From Gammaproteobacteria bacterium (GTDB lineage: Bacteria; Pseudomonadota; Gammaproteobacteria; UBA4575), in assembly GCA_014075255.1 (NCBI GenBank), contig CP046178.1:1089616-1153615 (forward strand): DNA of 64,000 nt, written 5' to 3'. Below, piece by piece: positions 20,010 through 31,685 of the stretch (position 1 is its first letter; each line of letters begins with the position of its first letter). The notes beneath the pieces are model-generated. The model saw only the letters and a list, made by a program, of their open reading frames with translations. It was not told where the DNA came from and did not search any database. The translations under genes and the position numbers were made by a program.

Positions 20010-20876
20010 GTGCCTATAGAGGAATTTATATCTAGTTATGAGTTGAGCATTCGCTTTGGGTTCTTCTTTGCAGTGCTAGCAATAATGGCAGTGTGGGAAA
20101 TTCTTGCTCCTAGAAGGACTCTTAATGTTTCAAAATCTACACGTTGGATGAATAACCTTGGAATTGCAGCGCTTAACACAATTATTTTACGACTAATATT
20201 TCCAGCCGCCGCAATAGGTATGGCGGCATTAGCAGAAACACAGGGCTGGGGCGTATTAAATTATATACAGTCTCCGATCTGGCTTACCTTAATTGTGTCC
20301 GTAATTATTATGGATGCTGTAATTTATTTCCAACACGTGTTAGTACACGCTGTCCCTGTGCTTTGGCGATTACATCGAGTTCACCATGCTGACCTCGATT
20401 TCGATGTAACCACTGGATCACGCTTCCATCCGATTGAAATTATATTATCCCTGCTTATTAAGTTTGCCACGATTATTGTGCTTGGCCCGCCAATTATTGC
20501 GGTTGTGATTTTTGAAGTGCTGCTAAATACCACCAGCATGTTCAACCACGCAAATGTACGTATACCAAAAAGTGTAGATCGACTACTGCGCTGGTTTATC
20601 GTGACGCCAGATATGCACCGAGTTCACCATTCTGTTGAAGATGATGAAACGAATAGTAATTTCGGATTTAACTTACCGTGGTGGGACCGATTATTTGGTA
20701 CCTATCGCAATCAACCACGTGCGGGACATAAACTGATGACTATTGGCATTAATACATTCCGCGATCGTCAACATTGCACCTTGTTACCTGGCATGTTGGC
20801 GATGCCATTTATTGGCAAGATCACAAATTACACAATTAATAGCCGTCAATGGGACGTTCCTAATAAACAAAACTAA
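20010..20876 (+). CDS. sterol desaturase / fatty acid hydroxylase superfamily membrane protein
   Basis: Histidine boxes HRVHHAD and HRVHHSVEDD with four TM helices. 288 aa. Confidence 0.7.
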   Translation: MPIEEFISSYELSIRFGFFFAVLAIMAVWEILAPRRTLNVSKSTRWMNNLGIAALNTIILRLIFPAAAIGMAALAETQGWGVLNYIQSPIWLTLIVSVIIMDAVIYFQHVLVHAVPVLWRLHRVHHADLDFDVTTGSRFHPIEIILSLLIKFATIIVLGPPIIAVVIFEVLLNTTSMFNHANVRIPKSVDRLLRWFIVTPDMHRVHHSVEDDETNSNFGFNLPWWDRLFGTYRNQPRAGHKLMTIGINTFRDRQHCTLLPGMLAMPFIGKITNYTINSRQWDVPNKQN

Positions 20877-20893
20877 AAATCAGGAGAAAAGTC

Positions 20894-21256
20894 ATGTCAA
20901 AGATATTCATGAAGTCCTCATGGGGAAGTGACAACCCAACAAATGCTGAAATGGTATTTGGGCACGGCAATGCGCTGGCAGAAGCTGGAAATGATGTTCG
21001 GATATTCCAACTCTTTGAAGCGGTGACATTGGCCCGCCCAGTTGTACGTGAAAATTTGATCCCAGTAGGATGGCCTTCGATTGCAAAACAGTGGGATGAA
21101 AGCGTAAAACTAGGCATCCAAATTGAATGTTGTGGTGCGTGTTCTAGGGCCCGAGGCGTTACCAATGAAGAAATCGCAAAAGCTGGTGCACTTATAGGCA
21201 CCCCGGAATCCTTCGTAGAAGATGTAGAGTGGTCAGAGAAGATAATTACTGAATAA
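20894..21256 (+). CDS. DsrE/DsrF-like sulfur-relay family protein
   Basis: 120 aa. The small alpha/beta DsrE-like fold is suggested by GHGNALAEAGNDVRIF and a conserved Cys cluster IECCGACSRARG. Separated from the previous gene by 17 nt. Confidence 0.45.
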   Translation: MSKIFMKSSWGSDNPTNAEMVFGHGNALAEAGNDVRIFQLFEAVTLARPVVRENLIPVGWPSIAKQWDESVKLGIQIECCGACSRARGVTNEEIAKAGALIGTPESFVEDVEWSEKIITE

Positions 21257-21292
21257 TCAGGAAGTGTGGAACTAAATTGAAAAAAATACAAA

Positions 21293-21322
21293 TATCCGCT
21301 TTGGGTCGTAAGCAGACATTTT
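21293..21322. repeat. REP-like palindromic element (copy of the tgtccgctttgggtcgtaagcagacat family)
   Basis: tatccgctttgggtcgtaagcagacatt. Same family as the copies at 58.0-60.0 kb. Confidence 0.5.
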
Positions 21323-21352
21323 TAACTACGTTAAACCATAAAATATATTAAG

Positions 21353-21383
21353 CAAAAAAAAGGGCACATATTGCGCCCTTTAT
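21353..21383. terminator. bidirectional rho-independent terminator between the DsrE-like gene and pnp
   Basis: An A-run, the hairpin agggcacatattgcgccct, then a T-run, placed between convergent genes. Confidence 0.5.
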
Positions 21384-21401
21384 TAACTCTGATGACTGCT
21401 C

Positions 21402-23483
21402 TTATTCTTCTATAGCCTTCATACTTAAACGAATGCGCCCTTGCTTATCAATCTCAAGCACTTTTACTTTAATGATGTCGCCTTCTGTTAATTCGTCCGT
21501 AACATTTTCAACGCGCTCATTTGAAATTTGTGAGATATGAACCAATCCATCTTTACCCGGCAACACACTTACAAAAGCACCGAAGTCCATAATCTTTACG
21601 ACTTTACCTTCATATATTTTACCCACTTCAACATCAGCCGTGATTTCTTCGATACGTTTCTTCGCATCGTCGCCTGCAGCTTTATCAATCGATGCAATCT
21701 TAATTACACCTTCGTCATCGATATCAATGGTAGTGCCAGTTTCTTCAGTAAGCTGACGAATCGTTGCGCCACCTTTACCAATTACATCGCGAATCTTATC
21801 TGGGTTGATTTTCATCACGGTAAAGCGTGGTGCAAATTCTGACATTTCTTCACGTGCAGAGGATATGTCTTTCGCCATTTCACCAAGAATAAATAAACGA
21901 CCTTCTTTAGCTTGAATGAGGGCTTTATCCATAATTTCTTTGGTAATGCCTTCGATCTTAATATCCATTTGCAAAGCAGTAATACCGTCAGTAGTACCTG
22001 CAACTTTGAAATCCATGTCGCCAAGATGATCTTCATCACCCAAGATGTCGCTCAAAACCGCAAAGTCATCACCTTCTTTGATTAAGCCCATAGCAATACC
22101 TGCGACTGGTGCTTTTAACGGTACACCTGCATCCATCATAGACAAACTGGTACCACATACACTCGCCATAGAACTGGAACCATTAGACTCTGTAATTTCT
22201 GATACAACACGTAGAACATAAGGGAATTCTTCTTCACTAGGTATAACCGCTTGAATACCGCGTTTAGCTAATTTTCCGTGACCAATCTCGCGACGTTTAG
22301 GTGAACCCACAAAACCCGTTTCACCTACACAGAATGGAGGAAAGTTGTAATGCAACATGAACATATCTTTATATTCACCTTCGATTGCATCAATAATTTG
22401 TGCATCACGACCTGTACCTAGAGTAGTCACTACAACCGCTTGAGTTTCACCACGAGTAAATAAGGCACTACCGTGTGTGCGTGGTAAAAATCCTGTGCGA
22501 ACACTAATAGGGCGAACCGTATTCTGATCACGACCATCAATGCGTTTTTCGCCAGAAATAATTCGACCGCGTACAATTTTCTTTTCTTCTTTTTTGAATG
22601 CAGTCAATACATCTGCTGCACTTGGTCCATTCTCTTCATCTGCTAACGACGCCACTACTGCATCACGTGCTTCGCCGACTTTTTCTTGGCGAGTCATCTT
22701 TTCAGCAATGCTATACGCTTCACCTAATTGTGTAGCACATGCTTGATTCACTTTAGTCGCTAGAGATTCATCTGCCACTGCTGCTTGCCAATCCCATGCT
22801 GGGGTACCCACTTCAGCAGCGAATTCTTTAATTGCAGTAATTGCCGTTTGCAGATTTTCATGTCCAAACATTACTGCACCTAACATCACTTCTTCGGAAA
22901 GAATTTGCGCTTCAGACTCAACCATGAGTACTGCACTTTCAGTACCGGCAACCACTAAATCTAATTTTGAATTGTCTAGCTGAGAATAATTTGGGTTTAA
23001 CACATAGCCATCATCAACATAAGCAACGCGTGCTGCACCTATTGGACCACTGAAAGGAATGCCAGAAATCGCCAATGCTGCCGAGGTTCCAATCATTGCG
23101 GGAATATCAGGATTAATATCAGTGTTCATCGAAACAACGTTTGCAATGACTTGAACTTCATTCATGAAACCATTTGGAAACAGTGGGCGAATAGGACGAT
23201 CAATTAGGCGACAAGTAAGCGTTTCTTTCTCGCTAGGACGACCTTCACGTTTAAAGAAGCCACCAGGAATTTTTCCTGCTGCATAAGTCTTCTCTTGGTA
23301 ATTAACCGTAAGTGGGAAAAAGTCGCGACTTGGGTCAGCATCTTTTTTACCTACTACCGTTACCATAACTGTAGTGCCACCCACATCAACCATTACCGCT
23401 CCTGAGGCTTGTCTAGCAATCTCGCCAGTCTCAAGTGATACATCATGGTCGCCGTACTTAAATGTCTTAGTTATTTTGTTCAC
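21402..23483 (-). CDS. pnp: polyribonucleotide nucleotidyltransferase (PNPase)
   Basis: Two RNase PH domains, KH and S1 domains. 693 aa. Follows rpsO as in E. coli. Confidence 0.95.
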   Translation of the reverse strand: MNKITKTFKYGDHDVSLETGEIARQASGAVMVDVGGTTVMVTVVGKKDADPSRDFFPLTVNYQEKTYAAGKIPGGFFKREGRPSEKETLTCRLIDRPIRPLFPNGFMNEVQVIANVVSMNTDINPDIPAMIGTSAALAISGIPFSGPIGAARVAYVDDGYVLNPNYSQLDNSKLDLVVAGTESAVLMVESEAQILSEEVMLGAVMFGHENLQTAITAIKEFAAEVGTPAWDWQAAVADESLATKVNQACATQLGEAYSIAEKMTRQEKVGEARDAVVASLADEENGPSAADVLTAFKKEEKKIVRGRIISGEKRIDGRDQNTVRPISVRTGFLPRTHGSALFTRGETQAVVVTTLGTGRDAQIIDAIEGEYKDMFMLHYNFPPFCVGETGFVGSPKRREIGHGKLAKRGIQAVIPSEEEFPYVLRVVSEITESNGSSSMASVCGTSLSMMDAGVPLKAPVAGIAMGLIKEGDDFAVLSDILGDEDHLGDMDFKVAGTTDGITALQMDIKIEGITKEIMDKALIQAKEGRLFILGEMAKDISSAREEMSEFAPRFTVMKINPDKIRDVIGKGGATIRQLTEETGTTIDIDDEGVIKIASIDKAAGDDAKKRIEEITADVEVGKIYEGKVVKIMDFGAFVSVLPGKDGLVHISQISNERVENVTDELTEGDIIKVKVLEIDKQGRIRLSMKAIEE

Positions 23484-23648
23484 TGATAATTTCCAATGTT
23501 TGATTTACTGTTAATGTTACGAACTCTTTGAAACAAACTCATTCACACGACAATCTCATATTGCCAATGAAAATAAATTCGTGATGTTAATTGAATGCGT
23601 TAAAGATACAGACACTGAATACCCTCTTACCTTAGAGAGCACTAGCAA

Positions 23649-23918
23649 TTAGCGTCTTAAACCAAGAGAGCCAATTAAATCTTGATATCTTTTTTGATCT
23701 TTTGAACGCAAGTAATCAAGAAGTTTGCGACGGTGATTTACCATCTTTAATAAGCCATGACGTGAGTGATGGTCTTTCTTGTGCTTGCTGAAATGATCGC
23801 TTAAATGGGTGATACGCGCAGATAGGAGTGCTACTTGCACTTCGGGTGAACCGGTATCGGTACTTTCTCGTTGATATTTCTTTACGATTTCTGACTTGTC
23901 TTGTGCTGTAATGGTCAT
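23649..23918 (-). CDS. rpsO: 30S ribosomal protein S15
   Basis: 89 aa. [36 protein letters not shown] is canonical S15. Confidence 0.95.
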   Translation of the reverse strand: MTITAQDKSEIVKKYQRESTDTGSPEVQVALLSARITHLSDHFSKHKKDHHSRHGLLKMVNHRRKLLDYLRSKDQKRYQDLIGSLGLRR

Positions 23919-24092
23919 CTTATTTCTTGCCTTATTTTCTCTGCCCTAAATTTTTATGGGCCTTATGCCTACTTCTTGCAATTCCGCCTTTTACCAAGTG
24001 CGCGATTCTACCACGTAGGCCCTTACGAACAAGGGAAATCTCTTGGTGTACCCAGTCATCAAAAACCTAACCTTAAAGAGGTATTAATTGTC

Positions 24093-25001
24093 TCAATAAA
24101 GGGGTTTTGGAGCCATACGTCCGTCTTCTCGAATTGTACCTATTCCATAAAATTGCTGGTTCGCTTCATATATCCTCACCAGCCCTTGTGCAGGTAAATT
24201 GGCAAGGCGCATAGCGTGCCCATTACGTATATCTACCATTTGATCCTCACCGATTGATATTGCCGGCCAATCTTGTAGTGCATGGTCGGTTGGCAGTAAT
24301 GTCTGATCTAAATCTGGAAACCCTCGTTCAGAAAACTGCTCTAACTCCTCAAGGCAATACATTTTTGGATCAGTAAAAGGCCCTAATGAAGTGCGCCTTA
24401 ATTCCACCACGTGCGCACCGCATAACAATAATTTTCCAAGATCTTCGACCAAGGTTCGAATATACGTGCCCTTTGAACAGTGCACTTGCATGGTAACCAA
24501 GTCTTGTTGCTGTTCTATCAACTCAAAATTGTGAATCTCTACTTTCCTAGGTGCTCGCTCGACTTCAATGCCTTTTCTAGCCAACTCATATAAACGTGAA
24601 CCTTGGTACTTTAAAGCAGAATACATAGGCGGGATTTGTTCAATGCTACCGGTTAGGCTTGCAGCATGTTGCAGGATTTGATTTTTAGTAACCTTAGAAG
24701 CATCCCGTTGCTCCAGAATTACACCGTCTGCATCAGCTGAATCTGTAGTCACTCCTAGTTTTAGAACGACTCGGTATTGTTTGTCTACGGCTAACAGGTA
24801 ATCAGAAATTTTTGTTGTGCGACCAAAACAGATCACTAACAAGCCTGTTGCCAAAGGATCTAAGGTTCCAGTGTGGCCCGCTTTTGCAGCATTAAAGATG
24901 CGTTTTACTTTTTGCAGTACGAGGTTAGATGATTCACCAGCTGGTTTATCAAAAAGTAACAAACCATTCAGCGCACGACCTTTATTTTTCCTTCTTGACA
25001 C
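24093..25001 (-). CDS. truB: tRNA pseudouridine(55) synthase
   Basis: Catalytic Asp motif GHTGTLDPLATGLL and PUA C-terminus. 302 aa. Confidence 0.9.
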   Translation of the reverse strand: MSRRKNKGRALNGLLLFDKPAGESSNLVLQKVKRIFNAAKAGHTGTLDPLATGLLVICFGRTTKISDYLLAVDKQYRVVLKLGVTTDSADADGVILEQRDASKVTKNQILQHAASLTGSIEQIPPMYSALKYQGSRLYELARKGIEVERAPRKVEIHNFELIEQQQDLVTMQVHCSKGTYIRTLVEDLGKLLLCGAHVVELRRTSLGPFTDPKMYCLEELEQFSERGFPDLDQTLLPTDHALQDWPAISIGEDQMVDIRNGHAMRLANLPAQGLVRIYEANQQFYGIGTIREDGRMAPKPLY

Positions 25002-25013
25002 TCGCGATATGAA

Positions 25014-25367
25014 TTATTGCTTATTAAGGCTTTTTTGAATCAGTTGCTCGATTCGATCACCTTTAGCTTCCGTATCGTCAACAATAAATCGTAACTCAGG
25101 CATTTTGCGCAAACTTAGAATTTTACTTAATTGTGTTCGCAAATAACCACTAGCACTTTGCAGACCTTTAATCATCTCTGCTGCATCTTGTTGTATATCC
25201 ATCGGACTGAAATACACTTTTGCAGTTCCGAGATCTTTACTAACTACCACATCGTAAATAATGATATCAGCAACACGTGGATCTTTAACTTCATTACGTA
25301 ACATTAAAGTAAGTTCGCGACGAAGTTGCTCGCCGATGCGTAGAGGCCTGGATGATTCTCGTTGCAT
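25014..25367 (-). CDS. rbfA: ribosome-binding factor A
   Basis: 117 aa KH-like RbfA (RIGEQLRRELTLMLRNEVKDPRV). Confidence 0.9.
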   Translation of the reverse strand: MQRESSRPLRIGEQLRRELTLMLRNEVKDPRVADIIIYDVVVSKDLGTAKVYFSPMDIQQDAAEMIKGLQSASGYLRTQLSKILSLRKMPELRFIVDDTEAKGDRIEQLIQKSLNKQ

Positions 25368-25427
25368 TTTAATAAATGCTTTTTATAAAGGTTGTCGTTC
25401 TAAATTGTTCTAGTTAAATCATTTGGG

Positions 25428-27944
25428 TTAAATCGTTCTGGCAATTTCTGTACGTTCGTATACTTCTATCTGATCTCCTGGCAAAACATCATTATAGTTT
25501 TTAACTGCGATGCCGCACTCTGTACCCGATTTAACTTCATTCACATCATCCTTATGACGACGCAACGATTCTAATTCGCCTTCAAATACAACCACATTAT
25601 CACGTAATACACGAATTGGATTACCGCGCTTAATGACACCTTCAACTACTTGCGTACCCGCCACTGCACCCATCTTCGATGATCTAAATACATCTTTAAC
25701 TTCAGCAAGACCAATAATTTCTTCGCGCAGCTCTGGTGTAAGCATTCCGCTCATAGCCAACTTCACATCATCAATCGCTTCATAAATAATGCTGTAATAA
25801 CGAATCTCGACATCTACATCAGATGCAGTTCTCTTTGCAGCACCATCAGCTCGCACATTAAAACCAATCATTACCGCTTTAGATGCTTCGGCTAAATTTA
25901 CATCAGATTCATTAATTCCACCCACAGCTGCCATTACAATCTTAACTCTAACCTCCTCTGTGGAAAGCTTTTCAAGGGCATCTTTCAACGCTTCCGCACT
26001 ACCTTGAACATCCGCTTTAATCATAACGTTAACCGTAGCGGCAACACTTCCACCCATCTGACTGAATGCGTCTTCGAGTTTAGTAGCTTGTTGCGAAGCA
26101 AATTTCGTATCTCTTGATTTGCTTTTACGTACATCAACAATTTCACGCACCTTGCGCTCATTGGCAACAACGATGGCATCCTCACCTGCATTGGCTGCGC
26201 CGGATAATCCTAAAACCATTACGGGTGTAGATGGCCCTGCGGTTTCAACTTCATTACCGTTTTCATCAAACATGGCACGAACACGGCCAAACTCTTCACC
26301 GGTTAACAGCATATCGCCTTTAGATAACATCCCTTGTTGCACTAATACGGTTGCAACTGGCCCACGACCTTTATCTAAACTTGATTCAATCACTACACCT
26401 GAGGCAGGACCGTGATCTACGGCTTTTAATTCAAGAATTTCAGCTTGCAATGAAATAGCTTCTAGCAATTCATCTATACCTGCGCCTGTAAGTGCTGAGA
26501 CATTCAAAAAGATCGTATCGCCACCCCATTCTTCTGGTAACACTTCTAATGCAGAGAGCTCATTACGCACACGTTCTGGATCAGCATCTTGTTTATCTGT
26601 TTTATTTACCGCGACAATCATCGGCACGCCAGCAGCACGCGAGTGTTCCACAGCTTCTTTTGTTTGCGGCATTACACCATCATCTGCCGCTGCAACTAAA
26701 ACAACAATATCCGTGGCTTTTGCTCCTCTTGCACGCATTGCAGTAAAGGCAGCATGACCTGGTGTATCGAGGAAAGTAATCGTTCCTTTATCGGTGCTAA
26801 CGCTATAGGCACCAATATGCTGAGTAATTCCACCTGCCTCACCCGATGCCACTTTGGTTCGGCGAATATAATCCAGTAAAGAAGTTTTACCGTGATCAAC
26901 ATGACCCATGACCGTTACTACAGGGTTTCTAACCAGCGCTTTTGAATCATCATATTCAACCTGCAACACAGTGTCTTCTACACTTGAAGCTTCCATCGGT
27001 TTTGCTTCGTGACCCATTTCCTCTACCACAAGGATCGCAGTATCTTGATCAAGAATTTGGTTGATGGTGGCCATTACGCCCATTTTCATCATCACTCCAA
27101 CCACTTCAGCAGCTTTAATCGCCATCTTTTGTGCAAGATCAGCAACCGAAATATTTTCTGGCACTAAAATTTCACGCTTAACTGGCTCACTTGGCTTTTC
27201 GAACTGATGTTTATCACTAGGAGCGACCTTCCCTGGGCGACGGTGCTTAGGTTTTGCTTTGCGCTTACCACGCTTATCACTTGCTACATGTAATTCTTGG
27301 CGCTTTGTTTTACTAGGCTTCTTAGATGCAGGTTTTTTATCTTCTTCAGGTTTTTCAGGTGCAGGAGTAACCACTCTTATTCCAACGGGATCAGTTGCTT
27401 TTTCCTTCTCGACCACATCTTGAGCAACCGCTTCTTGCTCGGGTGTTTTTTGCTTTTCGAGCTCTTCTTGTTGAGCTTGCTGTTTAGCTTGTTCTTCAGC
27501 CGCTTTCGTAGCTTCTACTTGCTCTAATTGCGCTGCAATTTTAGCCTCCTTCTCTGCTTGTTCTTCAGCGCGCTGCTCTTCTTCTTTCGCCGCTTCTTCC
27601 AGAACCACACTTCGCTTCACATAGGTGCGTTTTTTGCGAACCTCAACATTAACTGTACTTCCACCTGTAGCGTTTCTACCTGTAGAACCACCCACTTTCA
27701 AAGTAGAAGTGCTTTTCCTACGTAACGTAATCTTTTTACCTTCACTAGCAGGTTCACTGGAAGATTCCTCAGCAGCCTTACTACGATTGTTACGCAAATG
27801 GTCTAGCAATTGCATTTTTTGCTCGTCGGAAACCACTTGATCTGCAGCATTAAACTCCAATCCTGCTTCTGAAAGCTGAACTAGCAATTTCTCAACTGGA
27901 GTTTTAACTACGTCCGCTAGTTGTTTTACAGTAACTTCACTCAT
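25428..27944 (-). CDS. infB: translation initiation factor IF-2
   Basis: G domain ([26 protein letters not shown]) and charged low-complexity N-terminal region. 838 aa. Confidence 0.95.
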   Translation of the reverse strand: MSEVTVKQLADVVKTPVEKLLVQLSEAGLEFNAADQVVSDEQKMQLLDHLRNNRSKAAEESSSEPASEGKKITLRRKSTSTLKVGGSTGRNATGGSTVNVEVRKKRTYVKRSVVLEEAAKEEEQRAEEQAEKEAKIAAQLEQVEATKAAEEQAKQQAQQEELEKQKTPEQEAVAQDVVEKEKATDPVGIRVVTPAPEKPEEDKKPASKKPSKTKRQELHVASDKRGKRKAKPKHRRPGKVAPSDKHQFEKPSEPVKREILVPENISVADLAQKMAIKAAEVVGVMMKMGVMATINQILDQDTAILVVEEMGHEAKPMEASSVEDTVLQVEYDDSKALVRNPVVTVMGHVDHGKTSLLDYIRRTKVASGEAGGITQHIGAYSVSTDKGTITFLDTPGHAAFTAMRARGAKATDIVVLVAAADDGVMPQTKEAVEHSRAAGVPMIVAVNKTDKQDADPERVRNELSALEVLPEEWGGDTIFLNVSALTGAGIDELLEAISLQAEILELKAVDHGPASGVVIESSLDKGRGPVATVLVQQGMLSKGDMLLTGEEFGRVRAMFDENGNEVETAGPSTPVMVLGLSGAANAGEDAIVVANERKVREIVDVRKSKSRDTKFASQQATKLEDAFSQMGGSVAATVNVMIKADVQGSAEALKDALEKLSTEEVRVKIVMAAVGGINESDVNLAEASKAVMIGFNVRADGAAKRTASDVDVEIRYYSIIYEAIDDVKLAMSGMLTPELREEIIGLAEVKDVFRSSKMGAVAGTQVVEGVIKRGNPIRVLRDNVVVFEGELESLRRHKDDVNEVKSGTECGIAVKNYNDVLPGDQIEVYERTEIARTI

Positions 27945-27995
27945 TATTTAATTTATTCACTAATAATTTAATATTAAATTTGATTAACTTTCGCG

Positions 27996-29501
27996 TTACG
28001 TTGTAGCGCCTTCATTTTCAAACCACGGTGCTCGCGCCAACATAATCAACGAACCTGCGCGCTCAGAATCTAAACCTTCAATTTCCAACAGCTCATCAAC
28101 AGACTGCTCTGCTAAATCTTCCATAGTAGAAATACCTCTACAGGCCAATTCGAAGGCTAGATCTTTATCCATGCCCTCCATATTTAGCAAATCGGCAGAT
28201 GGCTCCACATCGGCAAACTTTTCTTCTGTTACTAACGCAGTAGTAAGTAAAACGTCTCTAGCACGAGCGCGTAATTCCTCCACCATCTCTTCCTCAAATT
28301 CTTCTACTTCTACTAATTCTTTGGGTGGAACATAAGCCACTTCTTCAACACTCGAAAATCCTTCTTGAGCTAGAATCACTGCAACTTCTTCATCCACATC
28401 AAGTTGAGACATGAACATCTCAACAATTTCTCGCGTTTCAGTTTCACTTTTTTCTTCCGCTTGACCCTCAGTCATTACGTTTAACTCCCAGCCGGTTAAT
28501 TGACTAGCTAGTTTTACGTTTTGGCCGCCACGACCAATAGCTTGAGATAATTTTTCATCTTCAACTGCAATATCCATACTGTTCTTGTCTTCATCAACAA
28601 CAATAGAAGTTACTGCTGCAGGAGACATAGCATTGATAACGTATTGCGCAGAATTTTCATCCCAAAGAATAATGTCAATACGTTCACCGGCCAGTTCGTT
28701 AGACACTGACTGCACTCGAGAACCTCGCATACCAACACACGCACCGACTGGATCCAATCGCGGGTCATTAGATTTAACTGCGATTTTGGCACGCAAACCT
28801 GAGTCTCTTGCCGCAGAAAGCACTTCAATTAAACCTTGCCCAACTTCTGGAACTTCTAATTTAAATAGCTCAATTAAAAACTCAGGAGCCGTTCTAGTTA
28901 AAAATAGTTGCGGGCCACGCACTTCCTCACGAACCTCATACAAGAATGCTCGCACTCGATCACCAGGTCGCATTGCCTCACGCGCAATCATGTGTTCACG
29001 TGAAATAAACCCTTCTGCATTACTACCTAAATCTATAAAGGTTCCAGAATGATCGCTTCGCTTTACCACGCCCATAACCAATTCACCGACACGGTCTTGA
29101 AATATATCTACAATTTGTGCACGCTCAGCTTCACGGATTTTTTGAACGATTACTTGCTTTGCAGTGTGTGCAGCAATTCGACCAAAGGCTACAGATTCAA
29201 TTGGTTGTTCTATGAACTCGCCAATTTGCATTTCCGGATGATTCTGAATGGCATAGCTGTAAAGTATCTGCGTTTCAGTCGAATCAAATTCTGGATCTTC
29301 GTCGTCCAGCACTTCCCAACGCCGAAAAGATTCGTAATCACCCGTCTCACGGTTAATCTCCACACGTATATCCATTTCCATGCCATGTTTCTTGCGCGCT
29401 GCAGTCGCCAGAGCCGCTTCGATAGCTTGAAAAATAATATCTTTTTCGACGCCTTTCTCATTAGAGACAGCATCGGCTACAAGTAAAATTTCTTTGTTCA
29501 T
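27996..29501 (-). CDS. nusA: transcription termination/antitermination factor NusA
   Basis: S1 and KH domains plus C-terminal acidic repeats. 501 aa. Conserved rimP-nusA-infB order. Confidence 0.95.
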   Translation of the reverse strand: MNKEILLVADAVSNEKGVEKDIIFQAIEAALATAARKKHGMEMDIRVEINRETGDYESFRRWEVLDDEDPEFDSTETQILYSYAIQNHPEMQIGEFIEQPIESVAFGRIAAHTAKQVIVQKIREAERAQIVDIFQDRVGELVMGVVKRSDHSGTFIDLGSNAEGFISREHMIAREAMRPGDRVRAFLYEVREEVRGPQLFLTRTAPEFLIELFKLEVPEVGQGLIEVLSAARDSGLRAKIAVKSNDPRLDPVGACVGMRGSRVQSVSNELAGERIDIILWDENSAQYVINAMSPAAVTSIVVDEDKNSMDIAVEDEKLSQAIGRGGQNVKLASQLTGWELNVMTEGQAEEKSETETREIVEMFMSQLDVDEEVAVILAQEGFSSVEEVAYVPPKELVEVEEFEEEMVEELRARARDVLLTTALVTEEKFADVEPSADLLNMEGMDKDLAFELACRGISTMEDLAEQSVDELLEIEGLDSERAGSLIMLARAPWFENEGATT

Positions 29502-29552
29502 AATTTAAAAAATATTAAGTTCCTATACTTAAAAAAATCTAATACCATAAAA

Positions 29553-30035
29553 TTAATTTTTAGTGCTCAGATTCGGATCAATATCCAAATCTAATTTCGC
29601 ATTTTTTATTGCCTCAATTGGCACTAAAAACTCTTTACCTTCTTGTGTAACTACCGTTAGTTGCACATCATCCGCATTTATCAATATCCCACGTATATTT
29701 CGTCGCTCATCTATTGGCCAAGTTGTTTTGACTTTCACCTTACTTCCAACTGCATCTTTCATTTGCTCGGTACTAAACAGCTTTCGATTTATACCAGGAG
29801 AGGAAATCTCCAAGGTATATGGCACTTGCACAGGATCTTCTACATCCAGCACAGCACTAAGTTGCTGACTTACTCGCGAACAATCATCTAATGTTATACC
29901 TTCACCATGATCAATAAATATTCGTATCTGTGCCGTATTTTCACTTGCTTGGTACTCTAATCCCCAGAAGTTGTATCCCATACCTACTATTACGGGCTCA
30001 ACAATGGGCACTATTCCGTACGGATCATTAAACAA
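29553..30035 (-). CDS. rimP: ribosome maturation factor RimP
   Basis: Aligns to E. coli RimP (IRIFIDHGEGITLDDCSRVSQQLSAVLDVEDP, LEISSPGINR). 160 aa. Confidence 0.85.
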   Translation of the reverse strand: MFNDPYGIVPIVEPVIVGMGYNFWGLEYQASENTAQIRIFIDHGEGITLDDCSRVSQQLSAVLDVEDPVQVPYTLEISSPGINRKLFSTEQMKDAVGSKVKVKTTWPIDERRNIRGILINADDVQLTVVTQEGKEFLVPIEAIKNAKLDLDIDPNLSTKN

Positions 30036-30316
30036 CTTCGCTTTACCTATTTTCTCGGCCTAAATTTCTTGACCAAATATATTTAACCAATTCGCCAGGC
30101 CCAATAAAAAAGGCCCTCTAGGGGCCCTTCCGAATCATTGAAAAACAATGACTTAGCAAACTAATACCCAGCCAGTATAGGTAAAAAAAATCGCGGCTTC
30201 AAGCAAAGAGTTTATCTGCTGCCTGTTTCACTGGCTGGGGGTAGCTTTTTTGAGATAAGAATCCTTCTCTGCAAGGCTTAAAGCTAGCAATCTCCCCGCC
30301 TATACGCCTTAACCAT

Positions 30317-30345
30317 AAAAAAAGCCCGAATAAATCGGGCTTTTT
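30317..30345. terminator. rho-independent terminator (bidirectional) downstream of the truncated hemoglobin gene
   Basis: aaaaaaagcccgaataaatcgggcttttt is a perfect 7 bp GC-rich stem flanked by A and T runs. A second hairpin, ggccctctaggggcc, lies at 30110-30130. Confidence 0.6.
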
Positions 30346-30378
30346 CTCTAACGCTAAATCTGCGCTTATACGTCTACC

Positions 30379-30741
30379 TTATACATCTACTATGTCAGCC
30401 TTCATTGAATAAAGAATGCAAAGCACTTCATCTTTCTCACCTTGGGCTACATTGTTCTTATCAAGCGCTGCTAAGACATCATCACAAACCGCAACAAATT
30501 CTTCATCATTAATATTCATTCCAGTATGCGCAGTAAGCATATCTTGACCCGTGTATTCTTGAGGTCCGCCAATTCCGGAACAGAAGAATTCCCAAACAAC
30601 CTGCTTAACTTTTTCGCCATCACTATTCACATAGCGATTCTTAACCTTAGGGTTGCTGGTATGGTTAGCCCATACATCCGCAACGATATTTCTTAACTTG
30701 TCACCGCCGCCAAGACGGTCATATAAACTTGCTCCACTCAT
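30379..30741 (-). CDS. truncated (2/2) hemoglobin
   Basis: LYDRLGG N-terminal motif and FCSGIGGPQEYTGQDMLTAHTGMNI, with the proximal His in the GxDM..H context. 120 aa. Confidence 0.75.
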   Translation of the reverse strand: MSGASLYDRLGGGDKLRNIVADVWANHTSNPKVKNRYVNSDGEKVKQVVWEFFCSGIGGPQEYTGQDMLTAHTGMNINDEEFVAVCDDVLAALDKNNVAQGEKDEVLCILYSMKADIVDV

Positions 30742-30944
30742 TTGAAAACTCCTTTACATTCTTATAATTACTATAAACTTCAACATATACACAGACTATT
30801 GGGCCATTATACCGTGTTCTTTACTTGAGTTGCTAGCCTAAGAGGTTCTCAATAACATCTTGCAAACTCAACGTAACTACTTGTAAAGTAAATATTTATC
30901 TAACACTTGGTTTGGCATATACACTGCATCGGTATGCAATATTC

Positions 30945-31256
30945 TTATTCATCCCACAGAACATCCGTATTTTGTTCAATAGCAGCTTCAAGTAACTCTA
31001 TAAGCGGTCTAGCTCGCTTATCGATACTCACATAATTTTCACTATCATCTGATGCCTGGCCTTGTTCACAATCTTGATCAATAGCCATCTCTGCACGCAC
31101 CGAGCTTTGCAGCTGTTCTAATGCCTTTGGCAAATCATCTATTTGAATAACTCCTGGTACAGCACCACTATGGCCCATAGACTTAATGAGCTTAATAGCC
31201 ACATCACCAAACATAGTGATATTTGCGTAGGCTTTGGTTTCAAATGTGATGAGCAT
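30945..31256 (-). CDS. DUF1840-like small protein
   Basis: 103 aa. N-terminal MLITFETKAYANITMFGDVAIKLIKSMGHSG resembles DUF1840 family starts. Acidic C-terminal half. Confidence 0.4.
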   Translation of the reverse strand: MLITFETKAYANITMFGDVAIKLIKSMGHSGAVPGVIQIDDLPKALEQLQSSVRAEMAIDQDCEQGQASDDSENYVSIDKRARPLIELLEAAIEQNTDVLWDE

Positions 31257-31386
31257 GCAGATAATTTAACCACATTAAGAAACAACTTAGTGCGGGAATT
31301 TAGCTTTTATTAGATCACTGATAATAAAGAAAAATACGGTGTCACTTCGTGACAATTGATTTGCGAGTTATACCCACTCGCAGATG

Positions 31387-31463
<77 letters not shown>

Positions 31464-31685
31464 TCAATCTGAGCCGCAGAAGTCTACGCAGATAAGTTAA
31501 ATAATACAAGAAAGTAAATTAGGTGTTCGGCGATGAATAATCAATTTTGCATGACTTTATCACGATTTATTTAATTGGCTTAAAGCAAGTATGATTCGTG
31601 ATAGTTATTTTGTAATTAGCACCCCTTGCCCCGAATATCTCCGCTGAATTAACTAATGAGTATGCTAAACACAAGCAACGATGCT

